In this document: piece by piece, positions 19,137 to 29,719 of the stretch
Position numbering within the stretch: position 1 is the stretch's first letter
How the letters are laid out: every line of letters starts with the position of its first letter
Assembly (NCBI GenBank): GCA_025999395.1
Contig: AP024682.1
Coordinates: forward strand, 173,638-237,637
Direction: 5' to 3'
Length of the DNA: 64,000 bases
From: Candidatus Parcubacteria bacterium
GTDB taxonomy: Bacteria; Patescibacteriota; Minisyncoccia; UBA6257; JAGOQP01
The notes under the pieces: model-generated
The model's database searches: none
Told to the model about the DNA's origin: nothing
Seen by the model: the letters and a program-made list of their open reading frames with translations, nothing else
Position numbers and translations under genes: made by a program

Positions 19137-21263
19137 ATGAAAAAAATTTCAAAAATTTTGATGATAGGGTTTATAACCTTTTCAGTTACTTTCTGGTCGA
19201 CCGGGGGCGTTCAAGCAGCTTCCACTGCTTCTCAGTTTACTAACAATGGTGCTCCCACAAACACTGTTGGTCGAGGAGATACTAATGTTCTTTTGATGGA
19301 TATTACTCTTTATGATCCAACCGATACTCTGGTTCATGATGGTTCACAACCGTCAGCAACAGGAGAAGCACTACTTTCTTTCCCCGCAGCAACTAAATTT
19401 TACGATGATACTGCTACTAACAACAATACTTACGATGATGGAGAAGCAATTATTAATGATGCTGATAACGACGGCTTTCCTTCTGCTGGAGACTCGGTTA
19501 TTACCTCAGGTAAAGCCAAGGTAAAAGGATTAAATAATCATAATGTTTGTTTTGATGGTGCTGATGCAGAATACGATGGCACAGAAGTTATTTGGTATGA
19601 TGCTGATAATGGCGGTTGTACCTCTGCTGCCTTTACTACGGGAGTAGATGTTATCTTAGTTGGTTCGGCTACTCCCTCTGGAGCTGGAGGAGGAGAATTT
19701 GCTGCTGGCGGAGAACAAGAGATTGGATTCTTAGATGAGGATAATAATGGCTCATACACCTGTTCTCGAGCAGGAACTTGTGAACCACTGGTTTATTCTG
19801 GAGTCAACGCCTCTAATATCACTGATGGTATAAATCTTCCCACAACTACCGCTTTCTTTGATTCATCAGCAGAAGCAACTGATGGTATCAAAACTACTGG
19901 TGTTGGATGGGATGAGACTGGTGGTGCTGAAGATTTAAACGCCTTCCCTGCTGGAAATAAGTTTCGCGACAATGACAACAACAGCGCCTACAACGATGGA
20001 GAGGATATTTACTTTGAACAAGATCCAAATGCTAATTCTGTGATCAACCAAGGGAGTTTAGGTCTAATTACTCTTATTAGAAATCTAGGAACAGGAAAAA
20101 ATTACGATATTTCTAATTGGCATATTTATAAAGAAAGCGGTGCTACTCCCGGATTTCAAGCAAACCAAGATTTACCATTAGATCTATTTATTACTGACTT
20201 TGATTCCAATCTTAATTATTGGACTCTTATACCAAACCCGCTCACAAGTGATACCACCTTCACCGCCAGTCAAAGAAGAATCTATATTACTGCTGACATT
20301 TCCTCAGGAGCTGATAATGGTCATACTTTTCAACTTAAAATAGATGTCAATGGTTTTGATATGGATGAGATCGATACCACTGGTGATGGACCTTCTGATG
20401 CTCCAATTATTAATTCTGGTATTATCACTATCAGTGTTCCTTCTATTGGTCCAGCTGACTCTACTCCACCAGCTGCTCCTTCTCAGGTTAAAGCCCAAGG
20501 AACTGGTAAAAGTGGAGAAATTAAGCTTACTTGGAAAAATCCTACTGATTCTGATTTTTCTGGAGTAAGAATCTTTCGATCTCTTTCTGAAGGAAAAGCC
20601 GCTATCAACGGAGAGATTATTGTTCTTTCCACTAAAGAAGAATCCTTTACTGATACTGGCCTAACAGATGGAAAAACTTATTACTATGTTCTTAAGGCAA
20701 TGGATGGAGCTGGCAATATGTCAGTCTCTCAGGAAGTAAGTGCGATTGCTGGCTCTCTTCCTCAAGAAACTCAACCATCTACTCCTTCTCAACCCCAAGA
20801 AGAAACCCCAATACAAACTTCTCCTGAAACCCAACCAACTCAACCAACTCAAGAAGGGTCCACTTCTCTTCCTTCTCTTGAAGAGCTTTTAACTATTTCT
20901 TTGCCCTATCCCAATCCTTCAGCTGCTGAAGAGATAAAGGCTGATATTGAATATCTCCAGAAAAAGTTACTCGACTTACAAAAAGCCGTTGCTCAAGCAA
21001 AAGGAGAAACCCTTCCTCCTCTAGCTAAAGTTTATGTCTTTAATACCGACTTTGGTAAGGGATTGCGAAACGATATTGTTAGAAACCTTCAAACCATCTT
21101 GGTTTATGAAGGTTTGCTTGATCCTCAATATGTCACTGGTTACTTCGGAAACATTACCTTTGAAGCTGTCAAGAAATTCCAAGCCAAGTACGGTATTCCT
21201 CAAACTGGTTTTGTTGGTCCCTTAACTCGCGCTCAACTTAATAAGCTTTACGGAGGAGAATAA
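19137..21263 (+). CDS. secreted surface protein with FN3 domain, Pro/Thr/Gln-rich linker and C-terminal peptidoglycan-binding (PG_binding_1-like) domain
   Basis: signal peptide; FN3 (PPAAPSQVKAQGTG...KLTWKNPTDSDFSGVRIFRS...YYYVLKAMDGAGN); C-terminal LRNDIVRNLQTILVYEGLLDPQYVTGYFGNITFEAVKKFQAKYGIPQTGFVGPLT. Confidence 0.65.
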   Translation: MKKISKILMIGFITFSVTFWSTGGVQAASTASQFTNNGAPTNTVGRGDTNVLLMDITLYDPTDTLVHDGSQPSATGEALLSFPAATKFYDDTATNNNTYDDGEAIINDADNDGFPSAGDSVITSGKAKVKGLNNHNVCFDGADAEYDGTEVIWYDADNGGCTSAAFTTGVDVILVGSATPSGAGGGEFAAGGEQEIGFLDEDNNGSYTCSRAGTCEPLVYSGVNASNITDGINLPTTTAFFDSSAEATDGIKTTGVGWDETGGAEDLNAFPAGNKFRDNDNNSAYNDGEDIYFEQDPNANSVINQGSLGLITLIRNLGTGKNYDISNWHIYKESGATPGFQANQDLPLDLFITDFDSNLNYWTLIPNPLTSDTTFTASQRRIYITADISSGADNGHTFQLKIDVNGFDMDEIDTTGDGPSDAPIINSGIITISVPSIGPADSTPPAAPSQVKAQGTGKSGEIKLTWKNPTDSDFSGVRIFRSLSEGKAAINGEIIVLSTKEESFTDTGLTDGKTYYYVLKAMDGAGNMSVSQEVSAIAGSLPQETQPSTPSQPQEETPIQTSPETQPTQPTQEGSTSLPSLEELLTISLPYPNPSAAEEIKADIEYLQKKLLDLQKAVAQAKGETLPPLAKVYVFNTDFGKGLRNDIVRNLQTILVYEGLLDPQYVTGYFGNITFEAVKKFQAKYGIPQTGFVGPLTRAQLNKLYGGE

Positions 21264-21302
21264 AACTTTTTCCAAAATAAAGATTTAATCCTATTAAACC
21301 AA

Positions 21303-21334
21303 AAAGGGCTCCCAAGAGCCCTTTTTGGTTTTTA
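21303..21334 (+). terminator. rho-independent terminator, near-copy of the 18864 terminator
   Basis: aaagggctc-ccaaga-gccctttttggttttt. Confidence 0.8.
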
Positions 21335-21457
21335 CCTAAAGTTCTTTTTCTGGTTTACTTTTGAAGGGCCAGTAATTTTTCTTGTCTTGTTTCTTTTAAA
21401 GAAAAAAAGTAAGTAGAATGGTTTAACATATAAATTTGTTGTGGTATTATTCAATCA

Positions 21458-23734
21458 ATGGCAGTCACTAAGATTATTGGATATATTCTGCTTTCTTTAG
21501 TTTTTGCTCCTTTGCTGGTTGATATTTCGGTTTTCTTTCCTTATATTACCGCCAAGGTGATGTTTATTCGGTTAATGGTTTTGTTGGCGGGGATTCTTTT
21601 TTTTCTTAATTTTCTTTGGGAAAAGTCTTTCCGAGAAAAAGTCATTAAAAAACTATCTCTTCTTTTTTCTAATCCTCTTTTTATTTCGGTTCTTTTATTT
21701 CTCTTGGCAAATTTTTTAGGAACGGTCTTGGCGGTTGATTTTTTTCAGGCTTTTTGGGGAGATGTGGAAAGAGGAGAGGGGTTTGTGGGGCTTGTTTATT
21801 TCTTTGGTTTCTTTCTTTTTTCTCTTTTAACTTTTGAAGAAAAAGAATGGCGATGGTTTTTGCGTCTGTCGCTAATTTCGGGGTTAATCCTCTTTTTAGA
21901 TGAAATAAGGCAGTGGCTTTTCTTTCATCAAAGCCGGCCATCTTCTTTTTTGGGAAATCCTATATATTTAGGAGCTTATTTCCTTTTTATTATTTCGGCT
22001 GCCATTTTTGTTTTTTCAGAAAAAAACCCTTCTTTATCTAAGAGAAAATTTTCTTATTATTTCTGGAAAGTTTTGGCGGCGTTAATAATTCCTTTGTCGG
22101 TGGTAGGAATTTTGGTTACTCAAACACGAGGAGTAATTTTGGGCTTGGGAGTAGGCTTTCTTTTTCTTTCTTTTTATTTTTTAAAAGAAGGAAAGGATAT
22201 TTCTTTTTTTAAAAAGCTAAATTTTCAGCAATTGGGAGCAATTGTTTTGTTTTTTGTTTTTGCTTTAGGTGTTGGTTTTTTCCTCACCAAAGATCTTTCT
22301 TTTTGGCAGAAAATTCCCGGTTTTGATAGATTGGCAAAAATAAATTTTCAAGATGCCACCCTTCAGACGCGATTAATTGCCCTCAAAATCGGCCTTCAAG
22401 CCATCAATCCTTCCAATGAGGGAATTTCAAAATTTATTTTTGGCTGGGGGCCGGATAATTTCTTCATTGCCTATAATAAATATTACAACCCCACTGTTTA
22501 TCTTTATGAAAATAGTTGGTTTGATAGAGCTCATAACAAATTGATAGATGTCTTGGTGATGAATGGTGTTTTGGGTTTGTTGTTTTATCTTTTTATCTGG
22601 ATTTTCTTTTGGGCAGCGCTTCTTAAAAAAGAAGGTTCCTTGGCTAAGCATTTAAACTTTTCTCAAAGAGGCGGGCTTCTTTTCTGGGGGGTGGCTTATT
22701 TTTTCCAAAATCTTTTTGTATTTGATTCGATTGCGACTTATTTAAATTTTTTCTTTTTTTTGGCTTTGGTAGTTTACTTTTCTTCTTTAAAAGAAGTTAA
22801 GGGGGAAGTTAAGGAAGCTAATTTTCAAAAGGATTCTTTTACTCAAAATTTGGAAACAAGAATTTTTTTGGGCAAGAAAATTGCTTATTTTATGATGTTT
22901 GGAGTTTTAATTCTCTTTTTTTCTTCGAGTTTTTATTTTAGTTTGGTTGCTTACTCTCAAATGAAAGAATATTTATCGGCTTTACGCACAGGAAACGCTA
23001 ACTTAACTTTGGAAGCTTTTAGAAAATCTTTGACTCCCTACACCTATGCTCAAGAAAATATTCGCACTCATTTTGCTTCCTATATGCAGGATTATAACGG
23101 GCGAGGGGAAAAAGCTGATAGAATGATTTTAGAATCGTTAGTGGCTTTAGAGGGTTTGGTGGCTTTTGAAAAATATGACCCGCGTAATTTTTTGGTTTTA
23201 AGTCAATCTTATTTGGCTTTCGCTGAAGCTAAAGGAGATTTTAATCTTTTGAAATCAGCTGAATTTTATGCTCGCAAAGCTTTAGAGCTTTCTCCTCGAA
23301 GACAAAATGTTCGCTATCTTGTAGGAGAGATTTTGGTTTTAGAGGGAAGGCTAAAAGAAGCCGTCTCTCTTTTAAGAGAAACTTTAGCTCAGGAGCCGGC
23401 AGTAGGCGATTCTCATTTTCATTTAGCTTTAGCTCTTTTGGATGAAGGAAAAGATTCTTGGCCTGAAGCTTTCGATGAATTAGAAACTGCTTTTTCTTCG
23501 AGGGGACTTTATACTTTAAGAGCAAGAGATGAGGTTTTTTTGTCAAAAGTTTATCAAGATCTTTTTGAGTATTTTTTAAAAACCCGCGACACTCGCCGCT
23601 TTGTGGCTACTGCTCAAAGATTGATTTTGTTCTTTCCGGAAAGGGAAAGTTTGCTAAGGGAATTTATTGATGTGGCTCTTGAGGGAAAATGGGGGAAAAT
23701 TAATCCTCGCTTTTTTAAAAATGAGGGAATTTAA
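21458..23734 (+). CDS. O-antigen ligase/polymerase-like (Wzy_C) polytopic membrane protein with C-terminal TPR region
   Basis: 758 aa, >10 TM helices, Wzy_C-like loop (VTQTRGVILGLGVGFLFL), C-terminal soluble TPR-like repeats. Confidence 0.6.
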   Translation: MAVTKIIGYILLSLVFAPLLVDISVFFPYITAKVMFIRLMVLLAGILFFLNFLWEKSFREKVIKKLSLLFSNPLFISVLLFLLANFLGTVLAVDFFQAFWGDVERGEGFVGLVYFFGFFLFSLLTFEEKEWRWFLRLSLISGLILFLDEIRQWLFFHQSRPSSFLGNPIYLGAYFLFIISAAIFVFSEKNPSLSKRKFSYYFWKVLAALIIPLSVVGILVTQTRGVILGLGVGFLFLSFYFLKEGKDISFFKKLNFQQLGAIVLFFVFALGVGFFLTKDLSFWQKIPGFDRLAKINFQDATLQTRLIALKIGLQAINPSNEGISKFIFGWGPDNFFIAYNKYYNPTVYLYENSWFDRAHNKLIDVLVMNGVLGLLFYLFIWIFFWAALLKKEGSLAKHLNFSQRGGLLFWGVAYFFQNLFVFDSIATYLNFFFFLALVVYFSSLKEVKGEVKEANFQKDSFTQNLETRIFLGKKIAYFMMFGVLILFFSSSFYFSLVAYSQMKEYLSALRTGNANLTLEAFRKSLTPYTYAQENIRTHFASYMQDYNGRGEKADRMILESLVALEGLVAFEKYDPRNFLVLSQSYLAFAEAKGDFNLLKSAEFYARKALELSPRRQNVRYLVGEILVLEGRLKEAVSLLRETLAQEPAVGDSHFHLALALLDEGKDSWPEAFDELETAFSSRGLYTLRARDEVFLSKVYQDLFEYFLKTRDTRRFVATAQRLILFFPERESLLREFIDVALEGKWGKINPRFFKNEGI

Positions 23735-25221
23735 AGTTTTTCTCTTCTAAAAAGACTTCGTAAATCGTTGATAGCGCTTTCCCGGCTCAAAAAGAGGCCT
23801 ACAAAATAAGCTAAACCTCCCAAAATTACAATAAGAAGAGCATTAAGATCAAAAGCTTTCAAAAGAAAGATTGCCAAAACCATTGCTGTCAAAGAAAGAA
23901 GAATTTTTTGCCATTCAAGATGAGGAGAAATTTGAAAGGAAAATTCTTGGTGAATCTTTTTTCTTAGATAAAGAAAGGCAATTGTTTGATTAATCAAAGT
24001 AGAAAGAGCAGCTCCCGAAATACCAAGCCAAGGAATAAAAAGAAAATTAAAAAAGATATTTCCAATTGTTGCTAAAAAGAAATATTTGAGAAGAATTTTT
24101 TCTTTTTTTAAAACAAAGATTAAATTGCTTAAAGCAATAGAAATAAAGTTAGGCAAAAAGGTGAGCGCCATTAAAATAAAAGGAGTGACTGAAGGAAGAT
24201 ATTCTTTTCCAAAAAAAAGAAGGATAAGACTTTGAGAAAGAATGGCTCCTCCTACCGATAAGGGTAAAGCCAAAAGGATTAAGAAATGAAGTTCTTTTTT
24301 AAGAAGAAAAGCAACTCTTTCCCGATTTTGAAAGTTTTTGGCTAAAGTTGGGAAAAAGGCGCTAGCAATTAAAGCTGGAAGAAGATAAATTAACTGAGCT
24401 AATCGCTGACTAACGCCATAATAACCAACTTTTTCAATATCAGCCAACCAGCCAATCATTAACGAGTCGGTGTTCAGCATAATTGCTCCAATAAGCCCCA
24501 TCATTCCAAAGATCCAACTGGATTGATAGATCTCTTTAACTAAAGAAAGGGAGAATTTTTGTTTAATATTTTTTAGATAGTGACGAAAAGGAATTAAAGA
24601 AATAATCATTCCTACTCCTGTTCCGACAACATAACCTAAGGTTAATGATTTAGCGGAGGGAAGGTTTTTTAAAGCCATAATTCCAGCCACAAAAATCACT
24701 AAATTAGTAAGAATTTGAATAAAGGATTCCCATTCCATCTTTTCCCAAGCTCGAAATAAAGAAGCACCAAAATCACGCAAGGTATCAAAAAGAACTACTA
24801 GGATAATTAAAGGTAAAAGAGTGGAAACTAAGTGAGCGTCCGCTTGAGAAGAGGTAAAGTGAGAAATTAAAAAAGGATAAAAAATAATCAATACTCCTCC
24901 CAAGAAAATACTTACCGCTATCTTTAAAATTAAAGCACTAGAAAAGTATTTTTCTTGCTTTTCTTTATTGCTGGCGGCTTCGCGAGTGATAACGGCGTTA
25001 ATTCCAAAATCAGCAAAGATGGTGAAAAAGGCAGCGATGCTTAAAGCGTAGTTAAAGGCTCCGAACTCTCTGGCGCCAATCACTCGAGCAGCATAAATAA
25101 GTAAAGCCGCTCTTAAAAGGCGGGAGATGATATTTCCGGAAAAAAGCCAAAAAGTATTTTTAAAAATTGTTTGCTTTAGTGATTGATTTTGAAAAAGCAA
25201 GCCTTTTATTTTTTTAAGCAT
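23731..25221 (-). CDS. oligosaccharide flippase (Wzx / MOP-superfamily polysaccharide biosynthesis protein)
   Basis: 496 aa, about 14 TM helices, MOP/Wzx-like organisation; overlaps convergent upstream gene by 4 nt. Confidence 0.65.
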   Translation of the reverse strand: MLKKIKGLLFQNQSLKQTIFKNTFWLFSGNIISRLLRAALLIYAARVIGAREFGAFNYALSIAAFFTIFADFGINAVITREAASNKEKQEKYFSSALILKIAVSIFLGGVLIIFYPFLISHFTSSQADAHLVSTLLPLIILVVLFDTLRDFGASLFRAWEKMEWESFIQILTNLVIFVAGIMALKNLPSAKSLTLGYVVGTGVGMIISLIPFRHYLKNIKQKFSLSLVKEIYQSSWIFGMMGLIGAIMLNTDSLMIGWLADIEKVGYYGVSQRLAQLIYLLPALIASAFFPTLAKNFQNRERVAFLLKKELHFLILLALPLSVGGAILSQSLILLFFGKEYLPSVTPFILMALTFLPNFISIALSNLIFVLKKEKILLKYFFLATIGNIFFNFLFIPWLGISGAALSTLINQTIAFLYLRKKIHQEFSFQISPHLEWQKILLSLTAMVLAIFLLKAFDLNALLIVILGGLAYFVGLFLSRESAINDLRSLFRREKL

Positions 25222-25291
25222 ACGCTTGTAAATATTTATTGAATAATACTCTAGAAAAAAATATAATAAAAGAGCTTTTGTTTTCTTTACT

Positions 25292-26212
25292 ATGATTAAC
25301 TACTATTTTCGATCGTTAAAAGATGAGGGGATAAAAAGGATTGATCACCAACGGAAGGGGTGCTGGATTGAAGTGGTTGATCCTAGCGAAGAAGAAATAA
25401 ATTTTCTTTCTCAGGAATTGGGTTTGGATAAGGGTCATTTAACCGATGCTTTGGATGTTTACGAATCACCTCGTTTGGAGATTGAAGGGGGCGATGTTTA
25501 TGTTTTTTTAAGAGTTCCTTTTAGTAGTGAATCGATGGTTCATACTTTGCCGGTTCTTTTTGTTTTAACTGAAAACTGGGTGGTGACGGTTGTTAGTCGT
25601 CAGATTCCTCTTTTTGATGATTTTCTTTCCGGAAAAATCAATGTCTTTACTACTCAAAAGTCTAAATTTCTAGTTCAGTTGTTTCTTAAAGTTAATTCTC
25701 TTTTTCGCAACTTTATTGACATTATTGGCAAAAACATTTGGCTTCGCCAAGGGAAGATTATGAGAATTTCTGAGGAAGATATTGTTTCTTTTGTTCAGTG
25801 GGAGGAAATTTTAAATGATTTTATTAATTCGCTGGTACCCACAACTGCAATTTATAAGCTTTTGCTTTCTAAACAGTATTTAAAGTTTTTTAAGGAAGAC
25901 AAAGATTTAATCGAAGATTTACTCCTTTCCAGCGAGGAGATTTTGGATATTTGTAAAACCAAAATTAAAGCCATGGTTAACTTAAGAGAAGCCTATTCAA
26001 CCTTAATGACTAACAATCTTAACCGAGCAATTAAATTTTTGACTGCTATCACGATTGTTTTTACAGTGCCTACTATTATCGCCAGCCTTTGGGGGATGAA
26101 TGTAAAATTGCCCTTTCAAGATCATCCTTTGGCCTTTCTTTTTATTATTGGAATAACTTTTGTAATTGCTCTTTTGCTTTTCAAACTTTTTTCCAAAAAA
26201 GATTGGCTTTAA
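25292..26212 (+). CDS. corA: CorA-family Mg2+/Co2+ transporter
   Basis: cytoplasmic N-domain plus two C-terminal TM helices with signature GMN motif (LWGMNVKLPF). Confidence 0.8.
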   Translation: MINYYFRSLKDEGIKRIDHQRKGCWIEVVDPSEEEINFLSQELGLDKGHLTDALDVYESPRLEIEGGDVYVFLRVPFSSESMVHTLPVLFVLTENWVVTVVSRQIPLFDDFLSGKINVFTTQKSKFLVQLFLKVNSLFRNFIDIIGKNIWLRQGKIMRISEEDIVSFVQWEEILNDFINSLVPTTAIYKLLLSKQYLKFFKEDKDLIEDLLLSSEEILDICKTKIKAMVNLREAYSTLMTNNLNRAIKFLTAITIVFTVPTIIASLWGMNVKLPFQDHPLAFLFIIGITFVIALLLFKLFSKKDWL

Positions 26213-27525
26213 GAAGAAGGTTTGGAAAAAATTAGTTTTAGAGTTTTAAGAATAATTAAAAAATCCAAAACAAAGGAGCGGTTCTTGATGTAAAAAAAAT
26301 CGTAACGTAGCTTTTCTTGAGTATCTTTAAGAGAAGAAGCGTAGCGGTAATTGACTTGCGCCCAACCAGTAACTCCGGGTTTGACAAGGTGTCTTAATTG
26401 ATAGTAGGGGATTTTTTCTTTGAGTTTTTCTACAAACTCAGGTCTTTCCGGGCGGGGTCCAACAAAAGAAAGTTCTCCCTTTAAGATATTGATAAGTTGA
26501 GGAAGTTCATCTAAATGACTAACTCTTAGGATTTTTCCTACTCGAGTAATTCGAGGATCGTTTTCTTTTGCCCATTGAGGGCCGAATTTTTCCGCTTCTT
26601 TAATCATAGTGCGGAATTTGTAAAGAGTAAAAATTTGATTATTTTTCCCTACCCTTTTTTGCTGATAGATTACCGGTCCCTTAGAATCTAATTTAATTGC
26701 TAAAGCTATTAAAACAAAAAGAGGGAAAAGAAAAACCAGCAATACAAAAGCCGCTAAAAATTCTAAGGGTCTCTTGGTAGCCTCATAAGCTGATTTATCT
26801 TGAGAAAGAATGCTTGCTAACCAGAGCTCCTCTATTTTTTCTAAAGGAATTTTGAAAAGAAATTTTTCACAAGCGCTTAAACTATCTTCAATCTCAATTC
26901 CTTGACTGATTTGAGAAAGAAGGATTCTTAAAATTTTTCTTCCTCCTTTGGGGGGAGCAATAATTATGGCTTGAATCTGATATTGATTAATAATTTCTCT
27001 AATTTTCTCTGAAGAAGGAAGTTTTTTTTCTCTTAAATAAAAAGCTAAGCGATATCCTACTTGAGGGTATTTTTTAAAGTAGTCAGCCAACTCATTGTTT
27101 TCTTGGCTTTGGCCAACGAGAAGGAGATTTTTTTGGTGAGTGACTAAATTTTTTTCAAAGAACCAACGCCAAAGCAAGGAAAAAATAAAAAAGAAAAAGG
27201 AAAAAATAACCAAATTTCTCTTGGGAGAAATAACAAAAGAAGGAACAAGATAAAAAAGAGCCAAAGAAGCAACTAAACTTGTTAGAACTCCAGCCGCCAA
27301 ATTTTCTACTAATAGATAACCCCTTTTGAGAAATCTAATTTCATAAAGTCCAACGATATAAAAAACAGCTATCCAAAAAAGAAAAGCCACCGAAAAGGGC
27401 CAGAGGTGAGCTTCTTTTAATTGGGGAGTAATCTTTCCATAGCGTACCAGTAAAGTTAAAGCTAAAGAAAGATAAAGCCCGACAATGTCGCCTGCCAAAA
27501 GAAGGACTTGCTTTATTTTATTCAT
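26209..27525 (-). CDS. undecaprenyl-phosphate sugar phosphotransferase (WbaP/exopolysaccharide polyprenyl glycosylphosphotransferase)
   Basis: N-terminal TM region, C-terminal Bac_transf domain (FTLYKFRTM ... LDELPQLINILKGELSFVGPRPERPEF). Confidence 0.8.
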   Translation of the reverse strand: MNKIKQVLLLAGDIVGLYLSLALTLLVRYGKITPQLKEAHLWPFSVAFLFWIAVFYIVGLYEIRFLKRGYLLVENLAAGVLTSLVASLALFYLVPSFVISPKRNLVIFSFFFFIFSLLWRWFFEKNLVTHQKNLLLVGQSQENNELADYFKKYPQVGYRLAFYLREKKLPSSEKIREIINQYQIQAIIIAPPKGGRKILRILLSQISQGIEIEDSLSACEKFLFKIPLEKIEELWLASILSQDKSAYEATKRPLEFLAAFVLLVFLFPLFVLIALAIKLDSKGPVIYQQKRVGKNNQIFTLYKFRTMIKEAEKFGPQWAKENDPRITRVGKILRVSHLDELPQLINILKGELSFVGPRPERPEFVEKLKEKIPYYQLRHLVKPGVTGWAQVNYRYASSLKDTQEKLRYDFFYIKNRSFVLDFLIILKTLKLIFSKPSS

Positions 27526-27578
27526 ACTCTATAATACTGAAGTTTAAAATTTTACCAATAAAAAGTAAACCTAGATTT

Positions 27579-28304
27579 ATGAAAAAAGACAAACTTCTTA
27601 CTTTTTTGAGCATTGGGGTGGCAGTTGTTTTAATCGGGGGAGCTTTAATTTATTCTTTAGGAAAAAATCAGACCTCTAATCCAACAGTTAATACTTCTTC
27701 ATCAGAGGAAGAAGGGGCAGATTTAAGCTCAGCACCAGTTTTGGGAGAAGCAAATGCTCCAGTTACTTTAGTTGAGTTCGGGGATTTTCAATGTCCGGCT
27801 TGTAATCTCTTTTTTCAAAAAGTTGAGCCTTTGTTGAGAGAAAATTATATTAAGACTGGAAAAGTAAAGATGGTTTTTAAAACCCTAACTTTTATTGACA
27901 GTTTCGATGGTTATCGATCGCCCCAGGAATCTTTTTTGGCGGGGGCGGCAGCTGAATGCGCTAAAGAGCAAGGAAAATTTTGGCCGATGCATGATGCTAT
28001 CTTTGAAGAGGAAAAAAGAGAATTAGAAGCTGGTAAAAATCCTGAAAATAATGGTAATCTTAATGAATCATTTTTTATGAAAACAGCTTCTGATTTGGGC
28101 TTGGATACTCAAGTTTTCGCAAGTTGCTTTAAAGAGGAAGCGAAGCATAAAAAAGCGTTTGATAAAAACATGAGAGAGGCTGAAAAACTTATGGCGGGCC
28201 GAGTTTCTACTCCTACTGTCTTTATTAACGGGAAAATGATTAAAGGGGTGAATGATTTTTCGGTTTATCAGAAAGCAATTGAAGAAGCTTTGGCAAATCA
28301 GTAA
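27579..28304 (+). CDS. DsbA-like thiol:disulfide oxidoreductase (thioredoxin fold), membrane-anchored/secreted
   Basis: N-terminal TM/signal, CxxC active site (GDFQCPACNLFF), DsbA-family length. Confidence 0.7.
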   Translation: MKKDKLLTFLSIGVAVVLIGGALIYSLGKNQTSNPTVNTSSSEEEGADLSSAPVLGEANAPVTLVEFGDFQCPACNLFFQKVEPLLRENYIKTGKVKMVFKTLTFIDSFDGYRSPQESFLAGAAAECAKEQGKFWPMHDAIFEEEKRELEAGKNPENNGNLNESFFMKTASDLGLDTQVFASCFKEEAKHKKAFDKNMREAEKLMAGRVSTPTVFINGKMIKGVNDFSVYQKAIEEALANQ

Positions 28305-28396
28305 GTTTTTAAATTTGACTTTTTGAGAAAAGGAGATTATATAAGTTTAGCTCCTTTTGTTACCTTTTTATTATTAATTAAGTTAAAGTTAAAAAT

Positions 28397-28630
28397 ATGG
28401 TTAAAATTTATACCACTACTTATTGTCCTTACTGTAAAATGGCTAAGGAGTACTTTACCAAGAAGAATGTGGCTTTTGAGGAGTATAATGTAGAAAACGA
28501 CGAAAAAGCTTTGGAGGAAATGGTAAGAAAATCAGGGCAGATGGGGGTGCCGGTGATAGAGATTAACGGCACTATCATCATTGGTTTTGATAGAGAAGCG
28601 ATTGATGAGGCTTTAGAGGCTAATAAGTAG
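28397..28630 (+). CDS. glutaredoxin / NrdH-like redoxin
   Basis: 77 aa, CPYC active site (KIYTTTYCPYCKMAKEYF), GVPVIEING. Confidence 0.75.
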   Translation: MVKIYTTTYCPYCKMAKEYFTKKNVAFEEYNVENDEKALEEMVRKSGQMGVPVIEINGTIIIGFDREAIDEALEANK

Positions 28631-28673
28631 AAAGCTTTTAGAAAAACTTTAAGATTAGACAATTAATTTGTTT

Positions 28674-29606
28674 ATGCCTTACGAACTTATCATTATTGGG
28701 GGTGGACCAGCGGGAGTAGCGGCGGGAATTTACGCAGCCCGGAAAAAGATGAAAGCCCTTTTGATTACTAAAGATTTCGGCGGGCAATCAATTAATTCTT
28801 CCAATATTGAAAACTTTATTGGTTTTAAGTCTATTTCCGGCTTAGAGTTGGCTAAACTTTTGGAGGAACATCTACGCTCTTTTCCTGAAATAGAAATTAA
28901 AGAAGGGGTTTTAGTAAGTAAAATAGAAAAAAAAGATAAGCTTTTTCAAATTACCGATTCCGCAGGAGGAACCTATGAAACTAAAACCGTTTTAATTACT
29001 TTGGGCAGCAGCTATAAAAAATTAAATGTTGAAGGAGAAAAAGAATTTGAAGGAAAGGGGGTTTTTTATTGCTCTATTTGCGACGCTCCTCTAATGAAGA
29101 ATAAAGAGGTGGCGGTGATTGGAGGAGGAAATAGTGGACTGGAGGCAGCGCGCGATCTTCTTCCTTACGCAACTAAAATTTATATTTTGGAATATACCAA
29201 TAAGCCCAAAGGTGATCCCATTACTTTAGAAAGAATAATGGCCTCAGGAAAAGTAGAGCTTATCACCAACGCTAAAACCGAAAAAATTGGCGGGCAAAAT
29301 TTAGTAGAGTTTTTAGAATACACTAATCTTTTAACAGGTGAAAGAAAGCAGTTAAAAGTGGCGGGAGTTTTTGTGGCGATTGGTTTTAAACCCAATAGTG
29401 ATTTGGTAAAAGATTTGGTAAAACTTGATCAGTGGGGAAGGATTATCGTTGATCACAAAACTTTTCGCACCTCCTGTGAGGGAATTTGGGCAGCGGGAGA
29501 CATTACCGATACTCTTTATAATCAGATTAATCCCGCAATAGGAGACGCTATTAAAGCAGTCTTAAATATTTACGACTATCTTAATTCAGAAAGGGAGAAA
29601 AATTAG
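28674..29606 (+). CDS. trxB: thioredoxin-disulfide reductase
   Basis: FAD motif IIGGGPAGVAAGIYAARK, redox-active CSICDA, NADPH motif VIGGGNSGLEAA; probable start ATG 28674 (track start 28668 is TTG). Confidence 0.85.
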   Translation: MPYELIIIGGGPAGVAAGIYAARKKMKALLITKDFGGQSINSSNIENFIGFKSISGLELAKLLEEHLRSFPEIEIKEGVLVSKIEKKDKLFQITDSAGGTYETKTVLITLGSSYKKLNVEGEKEFEGKGVFYCSICDAPLMKNKEVAVIGGGNSGLEAARDLLPYATKIYILEYTNKPKGDPITLERIMASGKVELITNAKTEKIGGQNLVEFLEYTNLLTGERKQLKVAGVFVAIGFKPNSDLVKDLVKLDQWGRIIVDHKTFRTSCEGIWAAGDITDTLYNQINPAIGDAIKAVLNIYDYLNSEREKN

Positions 29607-29650
29607 CTGATTTCAAAAATCTCGAATAACCTTTAAAAGTTTTTCACTTT

Positions 29651-29682
29651 AACCTCTATCTTAGGGAGGTTTTTTTTGTTAA
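29651..29682 (+). terminator. rho-independent terminator
   Basis: aacctc-tatcttag-ggaggtt + TTTTTTTG. Confidence 0.7.
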
Positions 29683-29719
29683 AATAACTTAAAGTTTTAA
29701 GCGAGTAGATTTTATTGTT

